Below are positions 19,719-28,643 of a DNA stretch of 64,000 nt, one piece after another. Under the pieces are notes generated by a model. That model searched no databases. It saw nothing but the letters and a program-made list of their open reading frames with translations, and was not told where the DNA came from. A program made the translations under genes and the position numbers. The stretch comes from Candidatus Aphodosoma sp. (GTDB lineage: Bacteria; Bacteroidota; Bacteroidia; Bacteroidales; Paludibacteraceae). Each line of letters begins with the position of its first letter. Position 1 is the stretch's first letter. The DNA lies in assembly GCA_045658305.1 (NCBI GenBank), contig JAZOUT010000087.1, positions 1,046 to 65,045 on the forward strand, given 5' to 3'.

Positions 19719-22700
19719 TTAGACTTTTTTCACTGATACTTTTACGATATACTCCTCAAAATCGAGTTCTGTAGCCTCTGCAATTGCATCAACCAACTTG
19801 ATTTCGTTAGCAAGCACTTGACCACCAATATAGTCAGTGTAATTAACTACTGCATCATTGATAGCATCGAGGCGTTCGATTTCAACCACAATCTTATCGG
19901 TGATTTCGTAACCATTCGACTTACGGATGTTTTGGATACGGTTAACCAATTCACGAGCAATACCCTCTTGACGAAGTTCTTCTGTTACAGTAACATCAAG
20001 TGCAATAGTAAGTGTACCTTCGTTAGCAACCAACCAACCTGGCATATCTTCAGTAGCGATTTCTACATCGGCAAGTTCTACTACAACTGCGCCCGAAGCT
20101 AATGGCAATTCAACCGAGCCATTACGTTCGATTGTAGAGATGTCAGCTTGATCCCAAGCAGAGATAACAGCAGCAATCTCTTTCATTTGTTTACCATATT
20201 TTTTACCTAACGTTTTGAAGTTAGGTTTAATACGTTTCACAAGCGAAATAGACGAATCATCAGCACCTACAATTTCAAGTTCCTTCACATTCACCTCAGT
20301 CTTAATCAGTTCAGCGATATATGACAACTGCTCGCGTGTCTTATCATCTGCAGCAGGGATAACTGCTTTTTGAAGTGGTTGACGCACTTTTTTCTCTGCT
20401 TTACGACGCAATGCAAGAATCATAGACGATGATGCCTGAGCAAGTTGCATACACTCTTCGAGGTTTTTGTCGATGAGCGAATCGTCGCATACAGGGAATT
20501 TAGCCAAGTGAACTGATTCTGCAGTCTCTTTGCCTGTAGCGGCATTCAAGTCAAGATACAATTGGTCAGCAAAGAATGGTGCGATAGGAGCCATAAGTTT
20601 TGCTACAGTAGCAAGACAAGTATAAAGAGTTTGATAAGCAGAGATTTTATCTGTATTGTACTCGCCACCCCAATAGCGTTTGCGGTTGAGACGTACATAC
20701 CAGTTCGAAAGGTTTTCACCTACGAAGTCTTGAATTGCACGCCCTGCACGAGTTGGCTCGTAGTTTTCGAAGTGCTCTGTGCACTCTTTAACCAACGTAT
20801 TCAAAAGAGAAAGAATCCAACGGTCGATTTCAGGACGTTCTGCTACTGGCACATCAGCCTCTTTGTATTCGAAGCCATCCACGTTAGCGTAGAGAGCGAA
20901 GAATGAGTAAGTATTGTAGAGTGTGCCAAAGAATTTACGGCGCACCTCTTCTACACCATCAACGTCGAACTTGAGGTTATCCCAAGGCGATGCGTTTGTC
21001 ATCATATACCAACGCAATGGGTCAGAACCGTATTTCTCGATTGTAGAGAATGGGTCAACAGCATTGCCAAGGCGTTTCGACATCTTGTTACCATTCTTAT
21101 CAAGCACAAGACCATTAGAGATAACATTCTTGAATGCTACTGAATTAAATACCATTGTGCCGATTGCATGAAGAGTAAAGAACCAACCACGAGTTTGATC
21201 GACGCCCTCAGAGATGAAGTCGGCTGGGTATACTGATTTAGAGTCGAATGCTTCTTTATTTTCAAATGGGTAGTGGATTTGAGCGTATGGCATAGCACCA
21301 GAGTCGAACCAAACGTCAATCAAGTCGAGTTCGCGTTTCATTGGTTTGCCCGATTCGCTGACAAGGATAATACCATCAACGTATGGACGGTGAAGGTCGA
21401 TATTTTTAGGGTCCCAGTTCTCTTTGCTCATGTCGCCGAGACGGAAGTTTTTGTATGGGTTTTCAGTCATGAAACCTGCAGCAATAGATTTCTCGATTTC
21501 GCCCATCAACTCTTCAACAGAACCGATACATTTCTCTTCTGAACCATCTTCAGTGCGCCAGATTGGGAGCGGAGTACCCCAATAACGAGAACGTGATAAG
21601 TTCCAATCTTGCAAGTTTTCAAGCCATTTACCGAAACGACCAGTACCAGTAGATTGTGGTTTCCAGTTGATAGTTTCATTAAGAGCAATCATCTCGTCAC
21701 GTACGGCAGTTGTGCGGATAAACCAAGAGTCAAGTGGATAATAAAGCACAGGTTTGTCAGTACGCCAGCAATGAGGATAGTTGTGGACATGTTTTTCGAT
21801 GCGGAATACTAAATTTTGTTGTTTCAACATCATACAAATAGCCACATCAAGAGTTTCATCCTGGTCAGTGAGAGCTGGGTCGTAAGCATTTTTCACGAAA
21901 CGACCAGCAAATTCATTATATTTTTCTACATCAACTTGTACTTTAACAAAATCCGCATCAAGATCTTCGAGCAAGAAGAATTTACCTGTCATATCCACCA
22001 TCGGACGAGTTTCGCCCTTAGCAGTAGTCATAGTCAAGCCAGGAACACCTGCTTTTTTAGCCACGAATGCGTCATCCGCACCAAATGTTGGCGCAATGTG
22101 TACAATACCAGTACCATCTTCAGTTGTTACATAGTCACCTTGAATTACTCGGAATGCACCTTCTCCTGGATTTACCCAAGGAATAAGTTGTTCGTATTCA
22201 GAATCAACCAAATCAACACCCATACACTCGCCCACTACGCGATAAGGCACAAGTTTGTCGCCTGGTTTATAGTCTTCCATAGCTACTTCAGCAGCTTTAG
22301 GATTGAACAACGAAGCAAACAAAGGTTTAGCCACGATATATGTAGCAGGGATGCCAGTATATGGATTAAAGCTTTCTACTGCGAGATATTCAATTTTAGG
22401 ACCAACGCAAAGGGCAGTATTTGAAGGCAAAGTCCAAGGAGTAGTAGTCCAAGCCAAGAAATATACATCACCTTTGAGGTTGTTGAAACCATTTACTTTT
22501 TTAGCTTTGAATTGAGCAGTACAAGTTGTATCTTTTACATCACGATAGCAACCTGGTTGGTTCAATTCGTGAGTAGAAAGACCTGTACCAGCAGCTGGCG
22601 AATATGGTTGGATAGTATAACCTTTGTACAACAAGCCTTTGTTATACAACTGTTTGAGCAACCACCAAAGTGTTTCAATATATTTATTATCGTAAGTGAT

Positions 22701-23147
22701 ATATGGGTCATTCATATCTACCCAATAACCCATTTTATGAGTAAGATCTTCCCACTCACGAGTATATTTCATAACGTCAGCACGACAAGCAGCATTATAT
22801 TCGTCAACCGAAATCTTCTTACCAATATCTTCTTTAGTGATACCAAGGCGTTTTTCCACACCAAGTTCAACAGGCAAACCGTGAGTATCCCAACCTGCTT
22901 TACGTTTCACTTGGAAACCTTGCATTGTTTTATAACGACAGAAAGTATCTTTAATTGTACGCGCCATAACGTGATGAATACCAGGCATACCATTAGCCGA
23001 AGGTGGTCCTTCATAAAACACAAACGAAGGATAACCCTCACGTTCAGCAACACTCTTGTGGAACAAATCTTTTGCGTCCCACTCCTCTAACATTCTCTTG
23101 TTCACATCGGACAAATTTAGTCCGCCATACTCTTTGAATTTTTTCAT
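19719..23147 (-). CDS. ileS: Isoleucine--tRNA ligase (type 2, long form, 1,142 aa)
   Basis: PSANGMPGIHHVMARTIKD (HIGH-class motif), KMSKRLGN (KMSKS), a WCISRQ-like NLSRSRYWGTPLPIW, and length typical of Bacteroidetes IleRS. Confidence 0.96.
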   Translation of the reverse strand: MKKFKEYGGLNLSDVNKRMLEEWDAKDLFHKSVAEREGYPSFVFYEGPPSANGMPGIHHVMARTIKDTFCRYKTMQGFQVKRKAGWDTHGLPVELGVEKRLGITKEDIGKKISVDEYNAACRADVMKYTREWEDLTHKMGYWVDMNDPYITYDNKYIETLWWLLKQLYNKGLLYKGYTIQPYSPAAGTGLSTHELNQPGCYRDVKDTTCTAQFKAKKVNGFNNLKGDVYFLAWTTTPWTLPSNTALCVGPKIEYLAVESFNPYTGIPATYIVAKPLFASLFNPKAAEVAMEDYKPGDKLVPYRVVGECMGVDLVDSEYEQLIPWVNPGEGAFRVIQGDYVTTEDGTGIVHIAPTFGADDAFVAKKAGVPGLTMTTAKGETRPMVDMTGKFFLLEDLDADFVKVQVDVEKYNEFAGRFVKNAYDPALTDQDETLDVAICMMLKQQNLVFRIEKHVHNYPHCWRTDKPVLYYPLDSWFIRTTAVRDEMIALNETINWKPQSTGTGRFGKWLENLQDWNLSRSRYWGTPLPIWRTEDGSEEKCIGSVEELMGEIEKSIAAGFMTENPYKNFRLGDMSKENWDPKNIDLHRPYVDGIILVSESGKPMKRELDLIDVWFDSGAMPYAQIHYPFENKEAFDSKSVYPADFISEGVDQTRGWFFTLHAIGTMVFNSVAFKNVISNGLVLDKNGNKMSKRLGNAVDPFSTIEKYGSDPLRWYMMTNASPWDNLKFDVDGVEEVRRKFFGTLYNTYSFFALYANVDGFEYKEADVPVAERPEIDRWILSLLNTLVKECTEHFENYEPTRAGRAIQDFVGENLSNWYVRLNRKRYWGGEYNTDKISAYQTLYTCLATVAKLMAPIAPFFADQLYLDLNAATGKETAESVHLAKFPVCDDSLIDKNLEECMQLAQASSSMILALRRKAEKKVRQPLQKAVIPAADDKTREQLSYIAELIKTEVNVKELEIVGADDSSISLVKRIKPNFKTLGKKYGKQMKEIAAVISAWDQADISTIERNGSVELPLASGAVVVELADVEIATEDMPGWLVANEGTLTIALDVTVTEELRQEGIARELVNRIQNIRKSNGYEITDKIVVEIERLDAINDAVVNYTDYIGGQVLANEIKLVDAIAEATELDFEEYIVKVSVKKV

Positions 23148-23241
23148 ATCTTATCAGTAATAAGCGCAAGTAGTAAATCACAAGACTTACTCGCTATGCT
23201 CGTTTTATTTTAATCAAAATACAATAATCCCAAATAAAGCG

Positions 23242-23249
23242 CAAAGGTA
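23242..23249 (-). promoter_or_regulatory. -7 promoter motif TACCTTTG upstream of ileS
   Basis: The rc of caaaggta matches TAnnTTTG, about 95 nt upstream of the ATG at 23147. Confidence 0.5.
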
Positions 23250-23273
23250 CAAAAAAAAATTAAAACTTCAAAC

Positions 23274-23301
23274 AAAAAGAGACGCAAAATATTGCGTCTC
23301 T
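23274..23301 (-). terminator. Rho-independent terminator of the acyl-CoA ligase gene (TAGAGRYGCAA-family hairpin)
   Basis: Stem agagacgcaa (23278-87) pairs with ttgcgtctct (23292-301), loop aata, with a T-run on the minus strand. Confidence 0.8.
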
Positions 23302-23326
23302 ACATATTATATAATACAAAACTACC

Positions 23327-25228
23327 TTATTTCAATGCATCAAGGTTTTGTTGGTTTTGAGATTGTTTACCTTCTGCGGTGTACATATAATCGATACGCT
23401 CAGCATAGGCTTTCTCAATTTTACCACGTACCATCTTCATTGTGCTGTTGATCATTTGGTTTTGTTCAGTAAATGGCTCTGCCAATACAGCAAAAGCACT
23501 AGGAAGCCAACGTTCTGGGAACATACCTTCAAATTCACCACCTTTCTTATATTTAGCCAATTCTTCTTCAAGTTTCTTAACTGTTGCTTTGCGACCTTCT
23601 TCAGAATCAAGAGTAAGATTGAGATAAGAAAGTTTACGTTTAAGAGCTTCACGATTAGGAACAATCAAAGCAGTTGTGAAAGGTGATTGGTTATTATAGA
23701 GCATCACTTGATCAATATATTTAGATTTTTCAACCAATGCTTCTTCGATACCTTCTGGGCTATATTTTTCGCCATCGCTTGAGATAAGGAGAGATTTGAA
23801 ACGACCTTTCACATAGAGAAGACCCTCTTTAGTCATATAACCAAGGTCGCCAGTATAGAGATAACCATCACGAACAGTTTCGGCAGTGGCTTCAGGGTTT
23901 TTCCAATAGCCTTTCATGACGTTTTCGCCTTTGACTACGATTTCGCCCATCTCGCCAAGAGGAAGTTCTTTGCCATCACTATCGCAGATTTTGAGTTCGA
24001 TAGGCTTAACGAGTTTACCACTTGAGCCAAAGCGGTAGAGGTCAGGACCATTAGACGAGAGAACAGGGGTAGCCTCAGAGAGACCGTAGCCTTGGAACAT
24101 AGGGATGCCGACACCGACATAGAACTTTTGGAGGTCTTTATCGAGAAGGGCACCGCCACCGATGAAGAAACGGAGTTCGCCACCGAAATTGTCGCGGACC
24201 TTAGAGAATATAAGTTTGTCGAAAAGAGCTACAAGGGGATAGAGCAAGAGACGAAGACCTTTGCTGTCGAGATTGCTGTCGCCAAAATAGATTTGACGGA
24301 GACGAAGTCCGAAGTTGAATAGGCTGACAGTGAAATTGCCTTTGGCGCGGATTGCTTGCTCAATGTTCTTTTTGAACGTTTTGGCAAGAGCAGGCACAGA
24401 GAGAATGAAGTGAGGGCGCACCTCTTTAATATTAAGAGGTATGTTTTTGAGCGTTTCGAGCGGAGTGCGACCTACTTGCACGGTAGCCACAGATGCACCC
24501 TTAGACATCATAATATAGAAGCCTACGACGTGAGCGAAACACTGGTCGAGAGGCAGAATGATGAGCGTGCGCCAAGTTTCGTCGATATTGACAAGCGTGC
24601 AAGCTTGCTCGACGTTGGCTGTGTAGTTGCGGTGAGTGAGCACCACACCTTTAGGGTCGGCAGTTGTGCCTGAAGTATAGGTGATTGTGGCAATATCGTC
24701 GTTTTGGAGCGATTTGCCCACGGCGAGGAATTCCTCAAGAGAGTGAGTGTTCATAAACTCATCGCCGAGAGTCATCACGCGGCTGTAAGAGACTTCGCGC
24801 TCTTCGTAGTCTTGAATATCGTCGAGAACGATAATGTATTTGACATTAGGGAGTTGGTCTTTGATAGCGCGGACTTTTTTGAGTTGAGTGCGCGACACCA
24901 TAATATATTTCACGTCACCATGTACGAGACGGAAAAGGAGGTCGTTGGACTCTTCGAGCTTGATAGACAAAGGCACATTCATCGCACCAGCATAGAACAT
25001 AGCCAACTCGCCAATAATCCATGAGTTGCGACCCTCGCTAAGAAGCGCCATGCTGTCGCCTTTTTTCACACCAATAGCCTGAAGACCAGCACCAAGACGA
25101 TACACTAAAGTTTTTACTTCGGCATAAGTAGTAGGCTCGAATTTGTTAGATGTTTTTTCGAGCAAAAATGTATTGTTAGGGTATAAACGTACCGATTCCT
25201 CGAATAAGTCGACAAGTGTTTTTTTCAT
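23327..25228 (-). CDS. Long-chain-fatty-acid--CoA ligase / AMP-dependent synthetase (633 aa)
   Basis: AMP-binding signature ITYTSGTTADPKGVVLTHRN, plus later GYGLSE and YTGDLGY...GRFKSL motifs of the ANL superfamily. Confidence 0.9.
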   Translation of the reverse strand: MKKTLVDLFEESVRLYPNNTFLLEKTSNKFEPTTYAEVKTLVYRLGAGLQAIGVKKGDSMALLSEGRNSWIIGELAMFYAGAMNVPLSIKLEESNDLLFRLVHGDVKYIMVSRTQLKKVRAIKDQLPNVKYIIVLDDIQDYEEREVSYSRVMTLGDEFMNTHSLEEFLAVGKSLQNDDIATITYTSGTTADPKGVVLTHRNYTANVEQACTLVNIDETWRTLIILPLDQCFAHVVGFYIMMSKGASVATVQVGRTPLETLKNIPLNIKEVRPHFILSVPALAKTFKKNIEQAIRAKGNFTVSLFNFGLRLRQIYFGDSNLDSKGLRLLLYPLVALFDKLIFSKVRDNFGGELRFFIGGGALLDKDLQKFYVGVGIPMFQGYGLSEATPVLSSNGPDLYRFGSSGKLVKPIELKICDSDGKELPLGEMGEIVVKGENVMKGYWKNPEATAETVRDGYLYTGDLGYMTKEGLLYVKGRFKSLLISSDGEKYSPEGIEEALVEKSKYIDQVMLYNNQSPFTTALIVPNREALKRKLSYLNLTLDSEEGRKATVKKLEEELAKYKKGGEFEGMFPERWLPSAFAVLAEPFTEQNQMINSTMKMVRGKIEKAYAERIDYMYTAEGKQSQNQQNLDALK

Positions 25229-25303
25229 AAAATTCTAAGTTTTAAGCATTCGATAATAAAATAAAAACTCACCATTTTATCGAAAATAGTTGATAATAAT
25301 GTG

Positions 25304-25311
25304 CAAAGTTA
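25304..25311 (-). promoter_or_regulatory. -7 promoter motif TAACTTTG for the acyl-CoA ligase gene
   Basis: The rc of caaagtta, 76 nt upstream of the ATG at 25228. Confidence 0.55.
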
Positions 25312-25379
25312 CTAAAAAATATTAAATGTTGTATAAAAATCATATAAAAATTTAATAGATGGGTGGTAGGATGGTGCGT

Positions 25380-25456
25380 GCAGTATGATTTATAGTATAT
25401 TTATCCTATATTTATGGTATATTTATCCTATATTTATAGTATATTTATGGTATGTT
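25380..25456 (+). repeat. 11-bp tandem array B (6 units plus 1 degenerate)
   Basis: (gcagtatgatt) tatagtatatt tatcctatatt tatggtatatt tatcctatatt tatagtatatt tatggtatgtt. Confidence 0.9.
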
Positions 25457-25460
25457 GTGG

Positions 25461-25527
25461 GTAGGGAATAAAGAGCAGAGAGTAGGGAGCAAGGAATACG
25501 GAAAAAAGAATAAGGAAAAGGGAGGAG
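25461..25527 (+). repeat. Purine-rich heptamer array directly following array B (9 units)
   Basis: gtaggga ataaaga gcagaga gtaggga gcaagga atacgga aaaaaga ataagga aaaggga, phased every 7 nt. Confidence 0.75.
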
Positions 25528-25550
25528 TTGCGTGTTTGGATTTTTTTTTG

Positions 25551-25558
25551 TAACTTTG
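25551..25558 (+). promoter_or_regulatory. -7 promoter motif TAACTTTG upstream of the His/Cys-rich protein operon
   Basis: Exact TAACTTTG. It is only 5 nt from the GTG at 25563, which implies a leaderless or near-leaderless mRNA, or a different true start. Confidence 0.45.
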
Positions 25559-25562
25559 CAGC

Positions 25563-26045
25563 GTGAAGAAGTATGTTTTTCAAATAGTTAGTCTTTGTTT
25601 AGCAATGTTCATTGCGTATATTGGTGGTGGATTGAATATCTATCACTATTGTTGCGATGCTTGCGAAAAACATGGACACGATATATTTCAGACTATATCG
25701 TGCGAAGAGGTGCATGCAGAGCATCATTGCACAGAGGATGATTGCCACCATGAGCATCATAATCACACTCGTATTATAGAAAATAGAGATGATTTGTGCA
25801 CTCATTTGATGGCAAATTCGGCTCACTGCGATGTGCATCATGTGGAAGCACCTTATTTTTCACAATCTAATCCTTTGAAAGTGAACTTTGTGTCACCATT
25901 GATTGCGATACACCCTATATCAATGCACAATGCACAATGCATAATGCACAATATTGAGTGCAAGATACAAAGTGAGGCTATTCCTTTAGTCCAAATTCTC
26001 ACAGGACGAGCCATAATTGTGCGAAAATCTGCGTATTTGATTTAG
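25563..26045 (+). CDS. Small N-terminally membrane-anchored His/Cys-rich protein (160 aa), putative metal-binding. Reminiscent of the Bacteroidota HYC_CC_PP-type small proteins found next to TonB-dependent receptors (from memory, unverified).
   Basis: GTG start, one TM helix (VFQIVSLCLAMFIAYIGGG), then IYHYCCDACEKHGHD...HAEHHCTEDDCHHEHHNH. First gene of a same-strand cluster with a TBDR and an HMA protein. Start codon uncertain. Confidence 0.7.
   Translation: MKKYVFQIVSLCLAMFIAYIGGGLNIYHYCCDACEKHGHDIFQTISCEEVHAEHHCTEDDCHHEHHNHTRIIENRDDLCTHLMANSAHCDVHHVEAPYFSQSNPLKVNFVSPLIAIHPISMHNAQCIMHNIECKIQSEAIPLVQILTGRAIIVRKSAYLI
25921..25952 (+). repeat. Heptamer array (AATGCAC x4.5) in frame inside the His/Cys-rich protein CDS
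   Basis: c aatgcac aatgcac aatgcat aatgcac aat, translated as SMHNAQCIMHN. Confidence 0.9.
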
Positions 26046-26055
26046 CCAATAATAT

Positions 26056-26100
26056 AATTAGTTGAATTGGACTAATTAGTCAAATTGGATAGATTAGATA
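26056..26100 (+). repeat. 9-bp tandem array (5 units) in the spacer between the His/Cys gene and the TBDR
   Basis: aattagttg aattggact aattagtca aattggata gattagata. Confidence 0.7.
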
Positions 26101-26149
26101 TTAAAAATAAATCACATAATAATTAATTTTCACCCCTACAAAATATATT

Positions 26150-28540
26150 ATGAAAAAAATAATAATGATTGTATTGTGCGTGATGCATTGTGCATTGTGC
26201 ATTAACTTGAAAGCTCAAGAGTCGACTGGAGGCACACTTTCGGGTAGCGTGATTGATGAGAACGGCGAACCAGTAATTGGAGCTGAGATATTTTGGTTAA
26301 ACTCGACTATCGGTGCGGTTACGGATATTGATGGCAATTTTACTATTCCAATGACTGTGGATAGCCACCACTTGATTTTTAATTATTTGTCGTACAAAGC
26401 TGATACAGTAGATATTACTAAGGCTTCGATGCCTCTTGTTGTGCAGATGAGCGAAGATACAAAAGAGTTGCAAGAAGTAACAGTTGCAGCACGTGGAGCA
26501 AGTACGATTGCGAGCCGCGTGAGCGCATTGCAAACTACTAAAATCACTGGTGCAGAGTTGTGTAAAGCGGCTTGTTGCAACTTGTCGGAGTCGTTCGAAA
26601 CTAATGCCTCAGTGGACGTAGCGTATGCTGATGCTGCTACTGGCGCAAAAACAATTAAATTACTCGGTTTGTCAGGCACATACGTTCAGTTGTTGACCGA
26701 AAACACTCCAGGAGTGCGTGGTTTGGCTCAAAACTATGGTATGGAATATATCCCTGGTGCTTGGATGGAGAGCATCCAGGTATCGAAAGGTACTTCGTCT
26801 GTTATAAATGGTTATGAGGCCACTACAGGTCAAATCAATGTTGAATACTTGAAACCTCAAACCCAAGACCCTATTGCGTTGAATGGTATGGTGAGCACAT
26901 CGCTTCGCGCTGAGTTGAACGCTACTGGCGGTTGGGATATCAACGAAAAATGGAGCACTGGCGTGTTGGCTCACTACAAAAATGAGAGTATGGAACACGA
27001 CACAAATGGCGACGGATTTATGGATTTGCCAAAAGGTCAACAAGCCAATTTGTTGAATCGTTGGTATATGAAAGATGGTGCATATACAGGTCAATACCTC
27101 GTGCGAGGCTTGTATGACGAGCGCAATGGCGGTCAGACAATGAAATATATTGACGAAAATGGCATTGCTGACCCATATAAAATTGGCATTCGCACATGGC
27201 GCATGGATGCGTTTATGAAACAGGGCTATGTGTTTGATGAAGCAAAAGGTACAAGTATCGGGATTATTGCAAGTGGTTCGTACCACAATCAACACAACGT
27301 ATATGGTCATCGCGTGTATGATGGCGTACAAGGCAACTTCTATTTGAATGCTATGTTCCAAACATATTTTGATGAAACTGACAAACACAAAATCACTGCG
27401 GGTTTGAGCCTCAATTATGATAACTATAAAGAAGGGATGATATCAGACAAGGCGGAGTTTATACTATCATACGATAATAATCCGATGGGAGATTCACCAG
27501 ATGCACCTGCTGGATTACCATTAGGTGATTACACTAAACTATTAGATATGACTCGCGATGAATGGACTCCGGGTGTATTTGCAGAATACTCATTGAAAGT
27601 AGATGAAAAATTGTCGCTTTTGGCAGGTGTTCGTGGCGATTATAGCACACAGTATGGATTCTTTGTAACACCACGTTTCAACGTGCGCTACTCGCCATGG
27701 GAATGGTGGAACTTGCGCGGTTCGGTGGGTATGGGCTATCGCTCGCCTAACTTGTTGAGCGACCACGCTTCAGTGTTACCTTCGTCGAGAACAATAGCAA
27801 TTGAAAGCGATGTATTAAAACAAGAACGTGCAGTAAATGCAGGTGCAAGCACTACGTTCTATATTCCTATTGCGGGTCGCGAATTGCAAATTACGGCAGA
27901 CTACTACTACACTCATTTCTTGGAATGTATGGTTGTAGATATGGACTCTGACCCATATACTGTTATATTCTCTAACCTCACAGAGGAGGGCGTAGAAGGA
28001 GGCAAAAAACCTCGCTCGTATGCAGGCAACTTCCAAGTAGAGGCATCGATGGAGGTGTTGAAAGGTTGGACTATGACACTCGCCTACCGTATGTCGGACG
28101 TAAAAAGTACAATCAATGGTGAATTACGCGAAAAACCTCTTACAAACCGCTATAAAGCACTCATCACAACTTCGTATATGACACCACTAAAACACTGGCA
28201 ATTCGACGTTACAGCACAATTTAATGGTGGTGGTCGTATGCCTGATAATTTTTATAAAGGCAATGAATCACTTCGTCCATCATGGACTATCGACCGTGGC
28301 AATGGTCAATATGATTTTCCTTGGCATGCGCAGTTGATGGCTCAAGTAACTCGTTATTTCCGCACATGGAGTATCTATGTCGGAGGCGAGAATATCACTA
28401 ACTTTACACAAGATACACCTATTATTGGCGCCGGTGACCCATACGGACAAAACTTTGATGCATCAATGGCTTGGGGACCTATCCATGGATGGAAAGTGTA
28501 TGCAGGCTTCCGTTGGGCTTTGAACCGTAAGGAAAAATAA
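26150..28540 (+). CDS. TonB-dependent receptor with N-terminal carboxypeptidase-regulatory-like domain (796 aa)
   Basis: Signal peptide; GSVIDENGEPVIGAEIFW...TDIDGNFTI (CarbopepD_reg-like); plug-like ESFETNASVDVAYADAATGAKTIKLLGL; long barrel ending in an aromatic-rich strand (YAGFRWAL). Confidence 0.88.
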   Translation: MKKIIMIVLCVMHCALCINLKAQESTGGTLSGSVIDENGEPVIGAEIFWLNSTIGAVTDIDGNFTIPMTVDSHHLIFNYLSYKADTVDITKASMPLVVQMSEDTKELQEVTVAARGASTIASRVSALQTTKITGAELCKAACCNLSESFETNASVDVAYADAATGAKTIKLLGLSGTYVQLLTENTPGVRGLAQNYGMEYIPGAWMESIQVSKGTSSVINGYEATTGQINVEYLKPQTQDPIALNGMVSTSLRAELNATGGWDINEKWSTGVLAHYKNESMEHDTNGDGFMDLPKGQQANLLNRWYMKDGAYTGQYLVRGLYDERNGGQTMKYIDENGIADPYKIGIRTWRMDAFMKQGYVFDEAKGTSIGIIASGSYHNQHNVYGHRVYDGVQGNFYLNAMFQTYFDETDKHKITAGLSLNYDNYKEGMISDKAEFILSYDNNPMGDSPDAPAGLPLGDYTKLLDMTRDEWTPGVFAEYSLKVDEKLSLLAGVRGDYSTQYGFFVTPRFNVRYSPWEWWNLRGSVGMGYRSPNLLSDHASVLPSSRTIAIESDVLKQERAVNAGASTTFYIPIAGRELQITADYYYTHFLECMVVDMDSDPYTVIFSNLTEEGVEGGKKPRSYAGNFQVEASMEVLKGWTMTLAYRMSDVKSTINGELREKPLTNRYKALITTSYMTPLKHWQFDVTAQFNGGGRMPDNFYKGNESLRPSWTIDRGNGQYDFPWHAQLMAQVTRYFRTWSIYVGGENITNFTQDTPIIGAGDPYGQNFDASMAWGPIHGWKVYAGFRWALNRKEK
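26165..26202 (+). repeat. Heptamer array (ATTGTGC family, opposite orientation) inside the TBDR signal-peptide coding region
   Basis: gattgt attgtgc gtgatgc attgtgc attgtgc att, translated as IVLCVMHCALCIN. Confidence 0.8.
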
Positions 28541-28643
28541 TTGAGTGATTAAACTTAATTTAATACATATAGTCTAATCATATAAACAGAATATTTAATA
28601 ATAACAACGGACACGGGATACGTGTTCAAACAAACTCTAAAAT

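Noticed and set aside
25551-25575. Alternative ATG at 25573 as the start of the His/Cys-rich protein
   Set aside because: It is out of frame with the ORF. The in-frame GTG at 25563 preserves the N-terminal TM helix, so I kept it despite its odd proximity to the -7 motif.
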